Shown: positions 63,476 through 64,000 of the stretch, piece after piece
Numbering within the stretch: position 1 is the stretch's first letter
Layout: every line of letters starts with the position of its first letter
Assembly (NCBI RefSeq): GCF_006345805.1
Contig: NC_043006.1
Coordinates: 89,900,001 to 89,964,000, forward strand
Source: Octopus sinensis
Lineage: Eukaryota
DNA length: 64,000 nucleotides
Reading direction: 5' to 3'
Position numbers and translations under genes: made by a program
The notes under the pieces: model-generated
The model's database searches: none
What the model was told of the DNA's origin: nothing
The model's input: only the letters and a program-made list of their open reading frames with translations

Positions 63476-64000
63476 ATAAATATATGTCTCCACCACCTAC
63501 CTCCTTTCTGCACTCCATCATTAACACCTTGTTTATTTGCTAATTATCCTCAATTCTCCCCCACCCCTCCACCACTACCACATACGTACCATAGTCCTCA
63601 CTCTTGAGTCTCTTCTATATTTCACTCCATCATTTCACTTAGCATCACCTCCACTCATGCTCACCATCCCCAGTGCCCTTCAAGGGCATGTCCCAACACA
63701 TCTTCCCCCCCACCACCATCTCTCTAACTCTTGCTTTCTTTATCAAACTCACTCTCTTTGTCTTACTCTTTGTCTTACTCTCCATCTCACCCTTCTTTCT
63801 CTTCCAACTCAGGTACCCATGTCTCCACTCTATAAGATACCCACCCCTGTCCCTCTGCACCTCTAATCTCCCATCAACTGGCACAAAACCATCCACCTCA
63901 TTACTATCATCTCCTCCTGGCTGAAGGGGCTTTTGTCTCGCAACTTCCTTTGGTAACTGCTGGTGCTGGTGCCACATAAAAAGCATCCAGTCCACACTCT

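Noticed and set aside
253-63995. Most ORFs in the six-frame track
   Set aside because: They are translations of (CA)n, (TA)n, (GA)n, (GAT)n tracts or SINE bodies; low complexity, no domain motifs.

Overview
AT-rich, CpG-poor, microsatellite-dense eukaryotic DNA (intron or intergenic). The repeat families look like an Octopus or other coleoid cephalopod genome; this rests on recalled repeat consensus, not a search. No intact protein-coding gene was found, and most of the ORF track is spurious translation of simple repeats. Protein-like content is limited to decayed mobile elements: a rearranged L1/Tx1-clade LINE (6.0-9.2 kb), RTE and L2/CR1 LINE fragments, two or three Penelope-like elements (PLE), two mariner derivatives, Helitrons, piggyBac-like ends and several tRNA-derived SINE families. 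Highlights: (1) PLE-type hammerhead ribozymes, including a perfect 136-bp palindrome with a hammerhead on each strand (46611-46746) and an intact-core hammerhead at 27508-27586; (2) a tRNA-SINE whose 3' tail matches the 3' end of the Tx1-like LINE in this window; (3) a composite Helitron with two 5' ends and a piggyBac-like end, inserted at A|T inside a PLE reverse transcriptase; (4) a LINE ORF1 scrambled at microhomologies that can be reassembled in frame; (5) many fold-back or inverted duplications, including a 100% identical 210-bp inverted repeat. Host-gene exons are weak candidates only. Boundaries of decayed repeats are approximate.
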